A stretch of DNA of 63,217 nt, the filler included, from Thermodesulfobacteriota bacterium (GTDB lineage Bacteria; DASVDK01), in the NCBI GenBank assembly GCA_036381125.1. It is 9 parts of 9 records of this genome, joined end to end, with 100 filler letters (N's around TTAATTAATTAA, not from the genome) between each part and the next. Parts side by side here need not be neighbours in the genome. Positions count along the whole stretch, not along the records: positions 1 to 10,421 come from DASVDK010000308.1; 8 more parts are not named here. One strand, 5' to 3'. Under the pieces are notes generated by a model. It did not search any database and was not told the DNA's origin. It saw only the letters and a list, made by a program, of their open reading frames with translations. This document shows, piece after piece, positions 1 through 9,533 of the stretch. Made by a program: the position numbers and the translations under genes. The number at the start of each line of letters is the position of its first letter. The first letter of the stretch is position 1.

Positions 1-477
1 CGCCTGGTGCCGGACGAGGTGACCGTCGGGATGGTGCGCGAGCGGCTCTCGGAGCCCGATGCGCGGTCGGGCTCGGTGCTCGACGGCTTCCCCCGGACGG
101 TCCCGCAGGCGGAGGCGCTCGACCGCATGCTCGGGGCGCTCGGCCGGCGGGTTTCGCGCGTGCTGGTGCTCGAGGTGCCGGAGGAGGAGTTGCTCCGGCG
201 GCTGTCGGGGCGGTGGCTCTGCCGGGCGGCCGGGCACTCGTACCATGCGGTGTCCTCGCCGCCGCGCGTGCCGGGGCGCTGCGACGTCGACGGCAGCGAG
301 CTCTACCAGCGCGAGGACGACACGGAGGAGAAGGCTCGCCGCCGCCTGGCGGACTACCGGGAGAAGACCGAACCGGTCATCGAGCACTACCGGAAGGCCG
401 GCCTGGTCGCGAGCGTCGACGGCGTCGGCGCCGTGGAGGAGATCGAACAACGGCTCGCGAAGGCGGTAGGGGCGTGA
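1..477 (+). CDS. adk: Adenylate kinase, 5'-truncated by window edge
   Basis: LVPDEV, LDGFPRTVPQAEAL, LID region and YQREDD motifs; position upstream of map. Confidence 0.97.
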   Translation, partial: RLVPDEVTVGMVRERLSEPDARSGSVLDGFPRTVPQAEALDRMLGALGRRVSRVLVLEVPEEELLRRLSGRWLCRAAGHSYHAVSSPPRVPGRCDVDGSELYQREDDTEEKARRRLADYREKTEPVIEHYRKAGLVASVDGVGAVEEIEQRLAKAVGA

Positions 478-1247
478 AGACCAACGTTCGCGGCCTGCCG
501 ATCCTCAAGAACGCCGACCAGATCGCGAAGATGCGGCGCGCCGGCGCGATCGTGGCCACCATCCTCGAGCGGCTGCGCGAGGCCGCCAGGCCGGGGGTGA
601 CGACGCAGGACCTCGACCGGATCGCCGCGGAGGGGATCCGGCAGGCCGGGGCGAGGTCGTCGTTCCTCGGCTACCGGGGCTACCCGGCGGTCCTCTGCGT
701 CTCGGTGAACGACGAGGTCGTCCACGGGATCCCGTCGCCGAAGCGGGTCCTCAAGGACGGGGACATCGTGGGGCTTGACTTCGGTGTTATTGTAGAGGGT
801 TTCCACGCCGATTCGGCCATCACGGTGCCCGTGGGGACGATCAGCGAGGAGGCGGAGCGGCTGATCCGCGTGACGCGGGAGGCGCTCGAGAAGGGGATCG
901 CCCAGGCGCGGCCGGGCAACCGCCTGTCCGACATCGGAGGAGCGGTCCAGGACCACGCGGAGGCGGCCGGCTACTCGGTCGTGCGCGAGTTCGTCGGCCA
1001 CGGCATCGGCCAGGCGCTCCACGAGGAGCCGCAGGTCCCGAATTACCGGATCGAGGGGGCTCCCGGACGGCGGCTCACCGAGGGCCTGGTCCTGGCGATC
1101 GAGCCGATGGTGAACGCGGGCGGGCCCGAGGTGCGGATCCTCGAGGACGGCTGGACGGCGGTCACCAGGGACGGCAGCCTCTCCGCGCACTTCGAGCACA
1201 CGCTGGCCGTGACGGCGGACGGCCCCGTGGTGCTCACGCGTCCGTAG
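474..1247 (+). CDS. map: Type I methionine aminopeptidase
   Basis: CVSVNDEVVHGIP, D..D, GHGIG..LHEEP, AIEPM, SAHFEHT; GTG start overlaps adk stop (GTGA). Confidence 0.97.
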   Translation: MKTNVRGLPILKNADQIAKMRRAGAIVATILERLREAARPGVTTQDLDRIAAEGIRQAGARSSFLGYRGYPAVLCVSVNDEVVHGIPSPKRVLKDGDIVGLDFGVIVEGFHADSAITVPVGTISEEAERLIRVTREALEKGIAQARPGNRLSDIGGAVQDHAEAAGYSVVREFVGHGIGQALHEEPQVPNYRIEGAPGRRLTEGLVLAIEPMVNAGGPEVRILEDGWTAVTRDGSLSAHFEHTLAVTADGPVVLTRP

Positions 1248-1262
1248 GGGAGCGAAGGGATC

Positions 1263-1376
1263 ATGAAGGTCAAGGCGTCCGTCAAGAAGATTTGCCCGAA
1301 GTGCAAGGTGGTCCGGCGCAATCGGGTCGTGCGGATCATCTGCGAGAACCCGAAGCACAAGCAGCGGCAAGGCTAG
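1263..1376 (+). CDS. rpmJ: 50S ribosomal protein L36 (Zn-binding type); not in ORF track
   Basis: Hand translation [37 protein letters not shown]; directly upstream of rpsM. Confidence 0.98.
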   Translation: MKVKASVKKICPKCKVVRRNRVVRIICENPKHKQRQG

Positions 1377-1480
1377 CAGCCGGCGGCGCACCGTCGGCGT
1401 CCGGGATCGAAGCCGACGGGTCCCGGGCGGCCGGCGGGGGCGGCGCCGCGGCGCCGGCGTGACGCGCAGGAGAGGACAGC

Positions 1481-1849
1481 ATGGCTCGTGTGGCGGGGGT
1501 CGACCTCCCCCGGAACAAGCGGATGGAGATCGCACTGACGTACATCTACGGCGTCGGTCGGACGCTCGCCCGGCGGATCCTCGCCCAGGCGAACGTCAGC
1601 CCGGACACCCGCACCGACCAGCTCACCGACGCCGAGATCGCGCGGATCCGCGAGGTGCTCGACCGCGAGTACAAGGTCGAGGGCGACCTCAGGCGCGAGG
1701 TGTCGATGAACATCAAGCGGCTCATGGACCTCGGCACGTACCGGGGGCTCCGGCACCGCAAGGGGCTGCCGGTTCGCGGCCAGCGCACGCGCACCAATTC
1801 GCGCACCCGCAAGGGGCCGCGGCGCGGCATGGCCGGCAAGAAGAAGTAA
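1481..1849 (+). CDS. rpsM: 30S ribosomal protein S13
   Basis: [36 protein letters not shown]. Confidence 0.99.
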   Translation: MARVAGVDLPRNKRMEIALTYIYGVGRTLARRILAQANVSPDTRTDQLTDAEIARIREVLDREYKVEGDLRREVSMNIKRLMDLGTYRGLRHRKGLPVRGQRTRTNSRTRKGPRRGMAGKKK

Positions 1850-1863
1850 GGAGGCGATAGGCC

Positions 1864-2256
1864 GTGGCCGAGGGGAAGGTCGCACCGAAGAAGAAGAAGG
1901 AACGGAAGAACATCTCGAACGGCATCGCCCACATCCAGGCGACGTTCAACAACACGATCATCACCATCACCGACGTGAGCGGCAACGCCATCGCCTGGTC
2001 GTCGGCCGGCGCGCAGGGGTTCAAGGGCTCGCGCAAGAGCACCCCCTTCGCCGCGCAGGTGGCGGCCGAGGACGCGGCGCGCAAGGCGATGGAGCACGGC
2101 GTCCGCTCGGTCGAGGTGTACGTGAAGGGCCCGGGGTCGGGCCGCGAGGCGGCGCTGCGCGCGCTGCAGGCGGCCGGGTTCAACATCACCGTGATCCAGG
2201 ACGTGACCCCGATCCCGCACAACGGCTGCCGCCCGCCCAAGCGGCGCCGGGTCTGA
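1864..2256 (+). CDS. rpsK: 30S ribosomal protein S11
   Basis: [49 protein letters not shown] start. Confidence 0.99.
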   Translation: MAEGKVAPKKKKERKNISNGIAHIQATFNNTIITITDVSGNAIAWSSAGAQGFKGSRKSTPFAAQVAAEDAARKAMEHGVRSVEVYVKGPGSGREAALRALQAAGFNITVIQDVTPIPHNGCRPPKRRRV

Positions 2257-2271
2257 GAAGGAGCGCGAGTT

Positions 2272-2898
2272 TTGGCGAGGCATACCGAGGCGGTCTGCCG
2301 CCTGTGCCGACGGGAGACCATGAAGCTCTACCTCAAGGGGGACCGCTGCTACTCGGACAAGTGCGCCATCGAGCGGCGCAACTACCCCCCCGGCCAGCAC
2401 GGGCAGGGGCGGGTGAAGTTCTCCGAGTACGGGCAGCAGCTCCGCGAGAAGCAGAAGATCAAGCGGATCTACGGGGTCCTCGAGCGGCAGTTCCGCCGCT
2501 ACTTCGAGGCGGCGGAGCGGATGAAGGGGATCACCGGCGAGAACCTCCTGGTCCTCCTCGAGCGGCGGCTCGACAACATCGTCTTCCGGCTCGGGTTCGC
2601 CAACTCGCGGGCCGAGGCGCGGCAGCTCGTCCTGCACCGGCACTTCACGGTAAACGGGCGCACGGTGAACGTCCCCTCCTACCTCGTGAAGCCGGGCGAC
2701 ACGGTGGAGCTGAAGGAGAGGAGCCGCAAGATCGCCCGGGTGCTGGACTCGCTCGAGGCGGTCGCCCGCCGTGGCGTGCCGCAGTGGCTCGACCTCGAGA
2801 AGGAGAAGTTCCGGGGCACCGTGAAGGCGCTGCCCGTCCGCAGCGACCTCACCATGCCGATCCAGGAGCAGCTCGTCGTCGAGCTCTACTCGCGGTAG
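2272..2898 (+). CDS. rpsD: 30S ribosomal protein S4
   Basis: CRLCRRE, PPGQHG, QLREKQK, LERRLDN, VELYSR; AAGGAG SD with TTG start. Confidence 0.99.
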   Translation: MARHTEAVCRLCRRETMKLYLKGDRCYSDKCAIERRNYPPGQHGQGRVKFSEYGQQLREKQKIKRIYGVLERQFRRYFEAAERMKGITGENLLVLLERRLDNIVFRLGFANSRAEARQLVLHRHFTVNGRTVNVPSYLVKPGDTVELKERSRKIARVLDSLEAVARRGVPQWLDLEKEKFRGTVKALPVRSDLTMPIQEQLVVELYSR

Positions 2899-3013
2899 CC
2901 GCGAGCCGGGGAGCCCGGCACGCATCCGGCGCGCCTCGCGGGGCGCGCCCTGACCGGCGCGTCACGTCCGGGACATGGGAGCAGACACGAAGATGGCAGT
3001 GGCCGAAAGCACG

Positions 3014-4027
3014 ATGCAGCGCAACTGGCGCGACCTGATCAAGCCGAAGCGGCTCGAGGTCGACCCCGACTCCGTCTCGCCGACGTACGGCAAGTTCGTC
3101 GGCGAGCCGTTCGAGCGCGGCTTCGGGATCACGATCGGCAACGCCCTCAGGCGGATCCTCCTGTCGTCGCTCCAGGGAGCGGCGATCACGGCGGTGCGCA
3201 TCGACGGGGTGCTGCACGAGTTCTCGACGATCCCAGGCGTCGCCGAGGACGTCACCGACATCATCCTGAACCTGAAGGACGTCCGGATCAAGATGCACGC
3301 CGAGGGGCCGAAGACGATCCGGATCAAGGCCGACAAGGAAGGGGTCGTCAAGGCGGGCGACATCGTGGCCGACGAAACGATCGAGATCCTGAACCCCGAC
3401 CTGCACATCGCCACGCTGTCGAAGAACGCGCGCCTCGAGATGGAGATGACGGTCAAGCAGGGGCGGGGCTACGTGCCGGCCGAGCGGAACAAGGAGGAGG
3501 ACCAGCCGATCGGGACGATCCCGATCGACTCGATCTTCTCGCCGATCCGGAAGGTGAACTACACGGTCACCAACGCGCGCGTTGGCCAGATCACCGACTA
3601 CGACAAGCTCATCCTCGAGGTCTGGACGAACGGCAGCGTGAAGCCCGAGGACGCGGTCGCCTACGCGGCCAAGATCCTCAAGGACCAGCTCTCGATCTTC
3701 ATCAACTTCGAGGAGGAGAGCGAGGGGCTCGCGGTCCCGGCGGCCGAGGAGCAGGCCAAGCTCAACGAGAACCTCTTCAAGAGCGTCGACGAGCTGGAGC
3801 TGTCGGTGCGGTCGGCCAACTGCCTGAAGAACGCCGACATCCGCTACATCGGCGAGCTGGTGCAGAAGACCGAGGCCGAGATGCTCAAGACGAAGAACTT
3901 CGGCCGCAAGTCGCTCAACGAGATCAAGGAGATCCTCGCGGAGATGGGCCTCACCCTCGGGATGAAGCTCGACAACTTCCCGACCCGCGAGGAGCGCCGC
4001 AAACTGGAGCAAGGCCGGGCGCAGTAG
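3014..4027 (+). CDS. rpoA: RNA polymerase alpha subunit (alternative starts 2975/2993)
   Basis: [31 protein letters not shown], alpha-[14 protein letters not shown]...[11 protein letters not shown]. Confidence 0.99.
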   Translation: MQRNWRDLIKPKRLEVDPDSVSPTYGKFVGEPFERGFGITIGNALRRILLSSLQGAAITAVRIDGVLHEFSTIPGVAEDVTDIILNLKDVRIKMHAEGPKTIRIKADKEGVVKAGDIVADETIEILNPDLHIATLSKNARLEMEMTVKQGRGYVPAERNKEEDQPIGTIPIDSIFSPIRKVNYTVTNARVGQITDYDKLILEVWTNGSVKPEDAVAYAAKILKDQLSIFINFEEESEGLAVPAAEEQAKLNENLFKSVDELELSVRSANCLKNADIRYIGELVQKTEAEMLKTKNFGRKSLNEIKEILAEMGLTLGMKLDNFPTREERRKLEQGRAQ

Positions 4028-4038
4028 CGCCCGGCCGC

Positions 4039-4266
4039 GAGGCGAGCGGCCATCGGTGGTTGGCGCGCCGGCGGCGCGCCGAGGAGCGGAGCCGCGGCTT
4101 CGCCGCGGCGGAGCGGAAGCCGGCCGCGAGGCGTTGGCGGAGGGCGGCGGGAGCCGCCCGATGAGGCGAGCGGCCACCGGTAGTGGGGACCGGGGCGGAG
4201 CCCCGGAGGAGCGGAGCCCGGGTTGACCCCGGGCGGAGCGGAAGCCGGCCGCGAGCCGTTGGAGGA
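4039..4266. repeat. Two imperfect 124-bp-period tandem units with conserved linkers and different GC hairpins
   Basis: GAGGCGAGCGGCCA at 4039 and 4163; GAGGAGCGGAGCC and GGCGGAGCGGAAGCCGGCCGCGAG in both units; five 7-8 bp hairpins. Confidence 0.85.
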
Positions 4267-4274
4267 AGGGGTTC

Positions 4275-4718
4275 ATGAGGCACCGCAAGGCGGGGCGCAA
4301 GTTCGGCCGCAACAGCGCGAACCGGGCGGCGATGTTCAGGAACCAGGTCCAGGCGCTGCTCGAGCACGAGCGGATCGAGACCACGGTGCCCCGGGCCAAG
4401 GAGGTCCGCGGCATCGCGGAGCGGCTCATCACCCTCGGCAAGCGTGGAGGCCTCCACTCGGTGCGCCTCGTCGAGCGGGTGGTCCGCAAGAAGTCGGTGA
4501 TCACCAAGCTCTTCGAGGAGCTGGGGCCGCGCTTCAAGGACCGGCCGGGCGGCTACACGCGGATCGTCCGGACCCGGCGCCGCCTGGGCGACGGCGCGCC
4601 GATGGGCTTCCTCGAGCTGCTGCCGCCGCCGGGCGGCCGCCCCGCCAGGGGGGCGCCCGCGCCGGAGGAGTCGGAGCAGAAGGAGGGCAAGGGGGCCGGC
4701 AAGCGCGACGGCCAGTAG
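4275..4718 (+). CDS. rplQ: 50S ribosomal protein L17
   Basis: MRHRKAGRKFGR, IETTVPRAKE, RPGGYTRI, GDGAPM. Confidence 0.99.
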   Translation: MRHRKAGRKFGRNSANRAAMFRNQVQALLEHERIETTVPRAKEVRGIAERLITLGKRGGLHSVRLVERVVRKKSVITKLFEELGPRFKDRPGGYTRIVRTRRRLGDGAPMGFLELLPPPGGRPARGAPAPEESEQKEGKGAGKRDGQ

Positions 4719-4744
4719 CGCCGCCGCGAGGCCGAGAGGGAGGC

Positions 4745-4782
4745 ACGCCCGGAAACCTCAACGTTTCCGGGCGTTTGTGTCT
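4745..4782 (+). terminator. Intrinsic terminator of the alpha operon
   Basis: 12-bp perfect stem ACGCCCGGAAAC/GTTTCCGGGCGT, 6-nt loop, then TTGTGTCT. Confidence 0.8.
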
Positions 4783-4814
4783 CTGGGGCGGCGGTCGCCC
4801 CGGCGGCCGGCCGC

Positions 4815-4843
4815 TTGACTTTGCCAGGGGCGCGCGGTAGCGT
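4815..4843 (+). promoter_or_regulatory. Sigma70-type promoter for trp operon
   Basis: TTGACT-N17-TAGCGT, 25 nt upstream of trpE ATG. Confidence 0.7.
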
Positions 4844-4868
4844 GCCTGCCAATTTCCCGAGGAGGCCC

Positions 4869-6362
4869 ATGTACTTTCCGGATTTCGGAGAGTTCGAGCG
4901 GCTCGCGGGCCAGGGGAACCTGATCCCCGTCTCCCGCGAGATCGTGGCCGACCTCGAGACTCCGGTCTCCGCCTTCGCCAAGCTCGAGCATGACGCCCGG
5001 CACGCCTTCCTCCTCGAGTCGGTGGAGGGGGGGGAGAAGTGGGCGCGGTACTCGTTTCTCGGCGCGGACACCGGCCTCACCTACCGCATCGCCGGCGACA
5101 CGGTCGAGATCGACCGCGACGGTCGGGTGGAGCGGTTCGCCGGCGAAGCCGACCCGTTCGCGCGCCTGCGAGCGCTCCTCGCGCGGGTCAAGCCGGTCAG
5201 GCTTCCCGGGATGCCGCTCTTCTGCGGCGGCGCGGTCGGCTACATCGGGTACGAGGCGGTCCGCTTCTTCGAGCGGTTCCCGCCGGTGCCGGCCGGCGAG
5301 GGGGGCGAGGACGCCGCCTTCCTCTTCACCGACACCCTCGTGGTGTTCGACAACCTCCGCCACCGCCTCCGCGTGATCTCGAACGCCTCCATCCCCCCCG
5401 GCGCGGACCGGGCGGCGCTCGAGGCGGCCTACCGCACCGCCTGCGAGCGGATCGATCGGATCGTGGCGAGGCTGCGCACGCCGGTCCTCCCTCGCGCGCT
5501 CCTCTCCTCGGGGACCTCCGGGCGGATCCGGGTGACGCCGCGGACCGACCGCGAGCGCTTCATGGCGCTCGTCGAGCGGGCCAAGGCGTACGTGCGCGCG
5601 GGCGACGTCTTCCAGGTCGTCCTCTCCCAGCGCTTCGACGTCGACTGCGAGGCGTCGCCGTTCGACGTCTACCGCGGCCTGCGGGTCGTGAACCCTTCCC
5701 CCTACATGTTCTTCCTGCGGCTCGGCTCGCGCACCCTGATCGGCTCGTCGCCGGAGGTCATGGTGCGGCTCAACGACGGGCAGGTGGAGCTGCGCCCGAT
5801 CGCCGGCACCAGGCCCCGCGGCTCGGACGAGGCGTCCGACGCCGCGCTCGAGGCGGAGCTCCGCGCCAACGAGAAGGAGCGGGCCGAGCACGTCATGCTG
5901 GTCGACCTCGGCCGCAACGACGTCGGCCGGGTCGCCGCGCTGGGCACGGTGCGGGTGGACGAGCTGATGACCGTCGAGCGCTACTCGCACGTCATGCACC
6001 TGGTCTCCAACGTCCGGGGCCGGCTCGCCGACGGGCTCGACGCCTTCGACGTCCTCAGGGCCGCCTTCCCGGCCGGCACCGTCACCGGCGCCCCGAAGGT
6101 GCGGGCCATGGAGATCATCCACGAGCTGGAGGCGGCGGAGCGGGGGCCGTACGCCGGCGCGGTGGGTTACATCTCGTTCGCGGGCAACATGGACCTCTGC
6201 ATCACCATCCGCACGCTCGTCCACGAGCGTGGCCGCTACTGGGTCCAGGCGGGTGCCGGCATCGTCGCCGATTCGGACCCCGCGGCGGAGCACCAGGAGT
6301 GCGCGAACAAGGCGCGGGCGCTCCTGCGCGCGGCCGAGGTGGCGCAGAGCGGGTTCCAGTGA
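4869..6362 (+). CDS. trpE: Anthranilate synthase component I
   Basis: FLLESVEGGE, NPSPYMF, PIAGTRPRG, KERAEHVMLVDLGRND, PAGTVTGAPK; AGGAGG SD before ATG 4869. Confidence 0.96.
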   Translation: MYFPDFGEFERLAGQGNLIPVSREIVADLETPVSAFAKLEHDARHAFLLESVEGGEKWARYSFLGADTGLTYRIAGDTVEIDRDGRVERFAGEADPFARLRALLARVKPVRLPGMPLFCGGAVGYIGYEAVRFFERFPPVPAGEGGEDAAFLFTDTLVVFDNLRHRLRVISNASIPPGADRAALEAAYRTACERIDRIVARLRTPVLPRALLSSGTSGRIRVTPRTDRERFMALVERAKAYVRAGDVFQVVLSQRFDVDCEASPFDVYRGLRVVNPSPYMFFLRLGSRTLIGSSPEVMVRLNDGQVELRPIAGTRPRGSDEASDAALEAELRANEKERAEHVMLVDLGRNDVGRVAALGTVRVDELMTVERYSHVMHLVSNVRGRLADGLDAFDVLRAAFPAGTVTGAPKVRAMEIIHELEAAERGPYAGAVGYISFAGNMDLCITIRTLVHERGRYWVQAGAGIVADSDPAAEHQECANKARALLRAAEVAQSGFQ

Positions 6363-6432
6363 TCCGGGTGTCGGGGGGCATCCGGAGCGGGGGCCCGGCC
6401 TTGCCGGGCCGGAGCGCGTGACGTAATCCAAC

Positions 6433-7002
6433 ATGCTGGCGCTGATCGACAACTACGACTCGTTCACGTATAACCTTGTGCAGGCCCTCGGGGTTCTGGG
6501 GGCGGAGGTGCGGGTCTTCCGGAACGACCGGATCGCCGTCGGCGACCTCCTGGCCCTTCGCCCGTCGGCCCTGGTGGTGTCCCCCGGGCCGTGCACGCCG
6601 AACGACGCCGGCATCTCCCTCGAGGCGGTCAGGGCCTTCGCCGGCCGCGTGCCGGTGCTCGGGGTCTGCCTGGGGCATCAGGCCGTCGGTCAGGCCTTCG
6701 GGGGGCGTGTGATCCCGGCGCCGCGGCTCATGCACGGCAAGACGTCCGAGATCCGCCACGACGGCTCGGCGCTCTTCGCCGGCGTGCCCGAACGCTTCGA
6801 GGCGACCCGCTACCACTCGCTGATCGTGGAGCGCGAGAGCCTGCCGGAGGAGCTCGTCGTGACGGCCGAGACCGACGTCGGAGAGATCATGGCGCTGCGG
6901 CACCGCGCGCTTCCGGTCTTCGGCGTGCAGTTCCACCCGGAGTCGATCCTGACCCCGGTCGGCCCCAAGATTCTCGAGAACTTCCTGGAGCGCGCCGCCT
7001 GA
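6433..7002 (+). CDS. trpG: Anthranilate synthase component II (glutamine amidotransferase)
   Basis: [36 protein letters not shown]; inside trp operon. Confidence 0.95.
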   Translation: MLALIDNYDSFTYNLVQALGVLGAEVRVFRNDRIAVGDLLALRPSALVVSPGPCTPNDAGISLEAVRAFAGRVPVLGVCLGHQAVGQAFGGRVIPAPRLMHGKTSEIRHDGSALFAGVPERFEATRYHSLIVERESLPEELVVTAETDVGEIMALRHRALPVFGVQFHPESILTPVGPKILENFLERAA

Positions 7003-7003
7003 C

Positions 7004-8104
7004 ATGACGACTCACAGCACGCCGGCGACCGAGCCCCGCGCCGCCGGGCTGCCCGCGATCACGGACTACCTCAAGCTCGTCGTCGAGCGACAGGACCTCA
7101 CGCGCGACCAGGCCGCGGCCGCCATGGAGGAGATCATGAGCGGCCGGGCCACCGACGCGCAGATCGCCGCCTTCCTGACGGCGATGCGGATGAAGGGGGA
7201 GACGGTCGAGGAGATGACCGGCTTCGCCGCCGTCATGCGGAGCAAGGCGACGCGCGTCCCGGTAGGCGAGTCGGTCTCGTCGAGCCTCGCCGACACCGAG
7301 CGCGAGATGCTCATCGACACCTGCGGGACCGGCGGCGACGCGGCCGGGACCTTCAACGTCTCCACGGCCACCGCCTTCGTCGTCGCGGGCGCCGGCCTCA
7401 AGGTGGCCAAGCACGGCAACCGGTCGGTGTCGTCGCTGTGCGGGAGCGCCGACGTGGTCGAGGCGCTGGGGGTCAGGATCGACCTGCCGGCCGACCGGGT
7501 GGGGCGCTGCATCGACGAGGTCGGCATCGGCTTCCTCTTCGCGCCGCTGCTCCACAGCGCCATGAAGTACGTCATGCTCGCCCGGCGCCAGATGGCCATC
7601 CGCACGGTCTTCAACATCCTCGGGCCGCTCACCAACCCGGCGGGGGCGCAGAGCCAGGTGCTCGGCGTGTACGACGGACGGCTCGTCGAGCCGATGGCGA
7701 CGGTGCTCAAGCAGCTCGGCACCCGGCGCGCCTTCGTGGTCCACGGGGCCGACCGCCTCGACGAGCTGTCGACGACCGGGCCGTCGCAGGTCGGCGAGAT
7801 CGCCGGCGGCGAGGTCCGCTCCTACACCGTGACGCCGGAGGACTTCGGCCTCCCCCGGTCGAGCATCGCGGAGCTGCAGGGAGGCGACAAGGCGGAGAAC
7901 GCCCGGATCATCCGCGGCATCCTCGGGGGCGAGCGGGGTCCCAGGCGGGACATCGTCGTGATGAACGCGGCCGCGGCGCTGGTCGCCGGCGGCAAGGCGC
8001 GCGACTTCGCCGAGGGGGCGAGGCTCGCCGCCGCCTCGATCGACGAGGGGCGGGCCATGGACCGCCTCGAGCGCCTCGTCCGGCTGACGAACGCGGAGGG
8101 ATGA
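7004..8104 (+). CDS. trpD: Anthranilate phosphoribosyltransferase
   Basis: DTCGTGGD, FNVST, KHGNRSVSSLCGSADV, RTVFNILGPLTNP. Confidence 0.97.
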   Translation: MTTHSTPATEPRAAGLPAITDYLKLVVERQDLTRDQAAAAMEEIMSGRATDAQIAAFLTAMRMKGETVEEMTGFAAVMRSKATRVPVGESVSSSLADTEREMLIDTCGTGGDAAGTFNVSTATAFVVAGAGLKVAKHGNRSVSSLCGSADVVEALGVRIDLPADRVGRCIDEVGIGFLFAPLLHSAMKYVMLARRQMAIRTVFNILGPLTNPAGAQSQVLGVYDGRLVEPMATVLKQLGTRRAFVVHGADRLDELSTTGPSQVGEIAGGEVRSYTVTPEDFGLPRSSIAELQGGDKAENARIIRGILGGERGPRRDIVVMNAAAALVAGGKARDFAEGARLAAASIDEGRAMDRLERLVRLTNAEG

Positions 8105-8904
8105 GCCCCGCGGTGAGCATCCTCGACGAGATCCTCGCCCACAAGGCATCCGAGGTGGCGGCCGCGCGAGCGATCCGGCCGGCCGAGGACCTGCGCGCCG
8201 CGGCGCCGGGCGTCGCTCCCCACCGCCCGTTCGAGGCGGCGCTGAGGCCGCGGCCCGGCGCGAGGCCGCGCATCATTGCCGAGGTGAAGCGCCGGTCGCC
8301 GTCGAAGGGCGCGATCAGGGCGGAGGCCGACCCGGTCGCGGTGGCCCGCGCCTACGAGGCCGGCGGGGCCGCCGCCGTCTCGGTGCTGACCGACGCGCGG
8401 TACTTCGGCGGCTCGCTCGACGACCTCCTGGCCGTCCGGGCGGCCGTCGCGCTGCCGGTCCTGCGAAAGGACTTCATCATCGACGCCTACCAGCTCGCCG
8501 AGAGCGCGGCCGCCGGCGCCGACGCCGTCCTGCTGATCGTCAGGGCGCTGCCGGGCGACCGGCTCGGGCGGCTCCTCGACGAGTCCCGGCGGCTCGGGCT
8601 CGAGGCGCTCGTCGAGGTGCACGACGCGGCGGAGATGGCGGCGGCCGCGGCCGCCGGCGCGACGGTGATCGGCATCAACAACCGCGACCTCCGCACCTTC
8701 ACGGTCGACACCGGCCTGACCCTCCGCCTGGCGCCGCTGGCGCCGCGAGGGGCGGTCGTGGTGACCGAGAGCGGCATCGCCACGCCGGCCGACATCGACG
8801 CGCTCGCGTCGGCCGGCGTGTCGGCCTTCCTGATCGGCGAGTCGCTCATGCGGGCCGACGACCCGGCCGCGGCGCTTCGGCGGCTGCGAGAGGCCGGGCG
8901 ATGA
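8101..8904 (+). CDS. trpC: Indole-3-glycerol phosphate synthase
   Basis: [48 protein letters not shown] overlap with trpD. Confidence 0.97.
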   Translation: MSPAVSILDEILAHKASEVAAARAIRPAEDLRAAAPGVAPHRPFEAALRPRPGARPRIIAEVKRRSPSKGAIRAEADPVAVARAYEAGGAAAVSVLTDARYFGGSLDDLLAVRAAVALPVLRKDFIIDAYQLAESAAAGADAVLLIVRALPGDRLGRLLDESRRLGLEALVEVHDAAEMAAAAAAGATVIGINNRDLRTFTVDTGLTLRLAPLAPRGAVVVTESGIATPADIDALASAGVSAFLIGESLMRADDPAAALRRLREAGR

Positions 8905-9533
8905 TCCGGGTGAAGATCTGCGGGGTCCGCACGGTGGGGGAAGCGCGTCAGGCGGTCGCCGCCGGCGCCGACGCCGTCGGCCTCAACTTCTACCGCCCGA
9001 GCCCCCGCTACCTGTCCCCGGCCGACGCGGAGGCGATCGTGGCCGCGCTGCCGCCGTTCGTGACCGCGGTCGGGCTCTTCGTGGACGCGCCGGTCGAGTG
9101 GGTACGGCAGGTGGCCGAACGGTGCCGGCTCGGCGCGGTCCAGCTCCACGGCGGGGAGCCGGCCGCCGGGCTCGGCCGTCCGGTCATCCGGGCCGTCCAG
9201 GTCGACGGGGAGGCCGCGCTCGAGGGGCTCGACCGGCTCGATGGCGACGCCATCCTCCTCGACGGGTTCGCCGAGCGGCTGCGGGGGGGCAGCGGCCGGC
9301 GGTTCGACTGGGCGCTCGTCGCCGAGGCGCGACGACGGGCCGGCGGGCGGCCCATCATCCTCGCCGGAGGGCTGACGCCCGAGACGGTGGCCGAGGCGGT
9401 CCGGATCGCCCGGCCGGACGCCGTCGACGTGGCGTCCGGGGTAGAATCGGCCCCCGGCGTCAAGGATCCCGACAAGGTCGCGCGCTTCGTGCGCGCGGCC
9501 AAGGGGGCCCTGGTGGGAGGAGCGAGTCTGTGA
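8901..9533 (+). CDS. trpF: Phosphoribosylanthranilate isomerase
   Basis: [34 protein letters not shown]. Confidence 0.96.
   Translation: MIRVKICGVRTVGEARQAVAAGADAVGLNFYRPSPRYLSPADAEAIVAALPPFVTAVGLFVDAPVEWVRQVAERCRLGAVQLHGGEPAAGLGRPVIRAVQVDGEAALEGLDRLDGDAILLDGFAERLRGGSGRRFDWALVAEARRRAGGRPIILAGGLTPETVAEAVRIARPDAVDVASGVESAPGVKDPDKVARFVRAAKGALVGGASL

Noticed and set aside
4039..4266. Mini-CRISPR or coding ORF in the rpoA-rplQ gap
   Set aside because: Variable parts are short self-complementary hairpins rather than spacers; overlapping ORFs are low-complexity frame extensions
4815..4868. TTG start for trpE at 4815
   Set aside because: That TTG is the -35 hexamer; SD and homology favour ATG 4869
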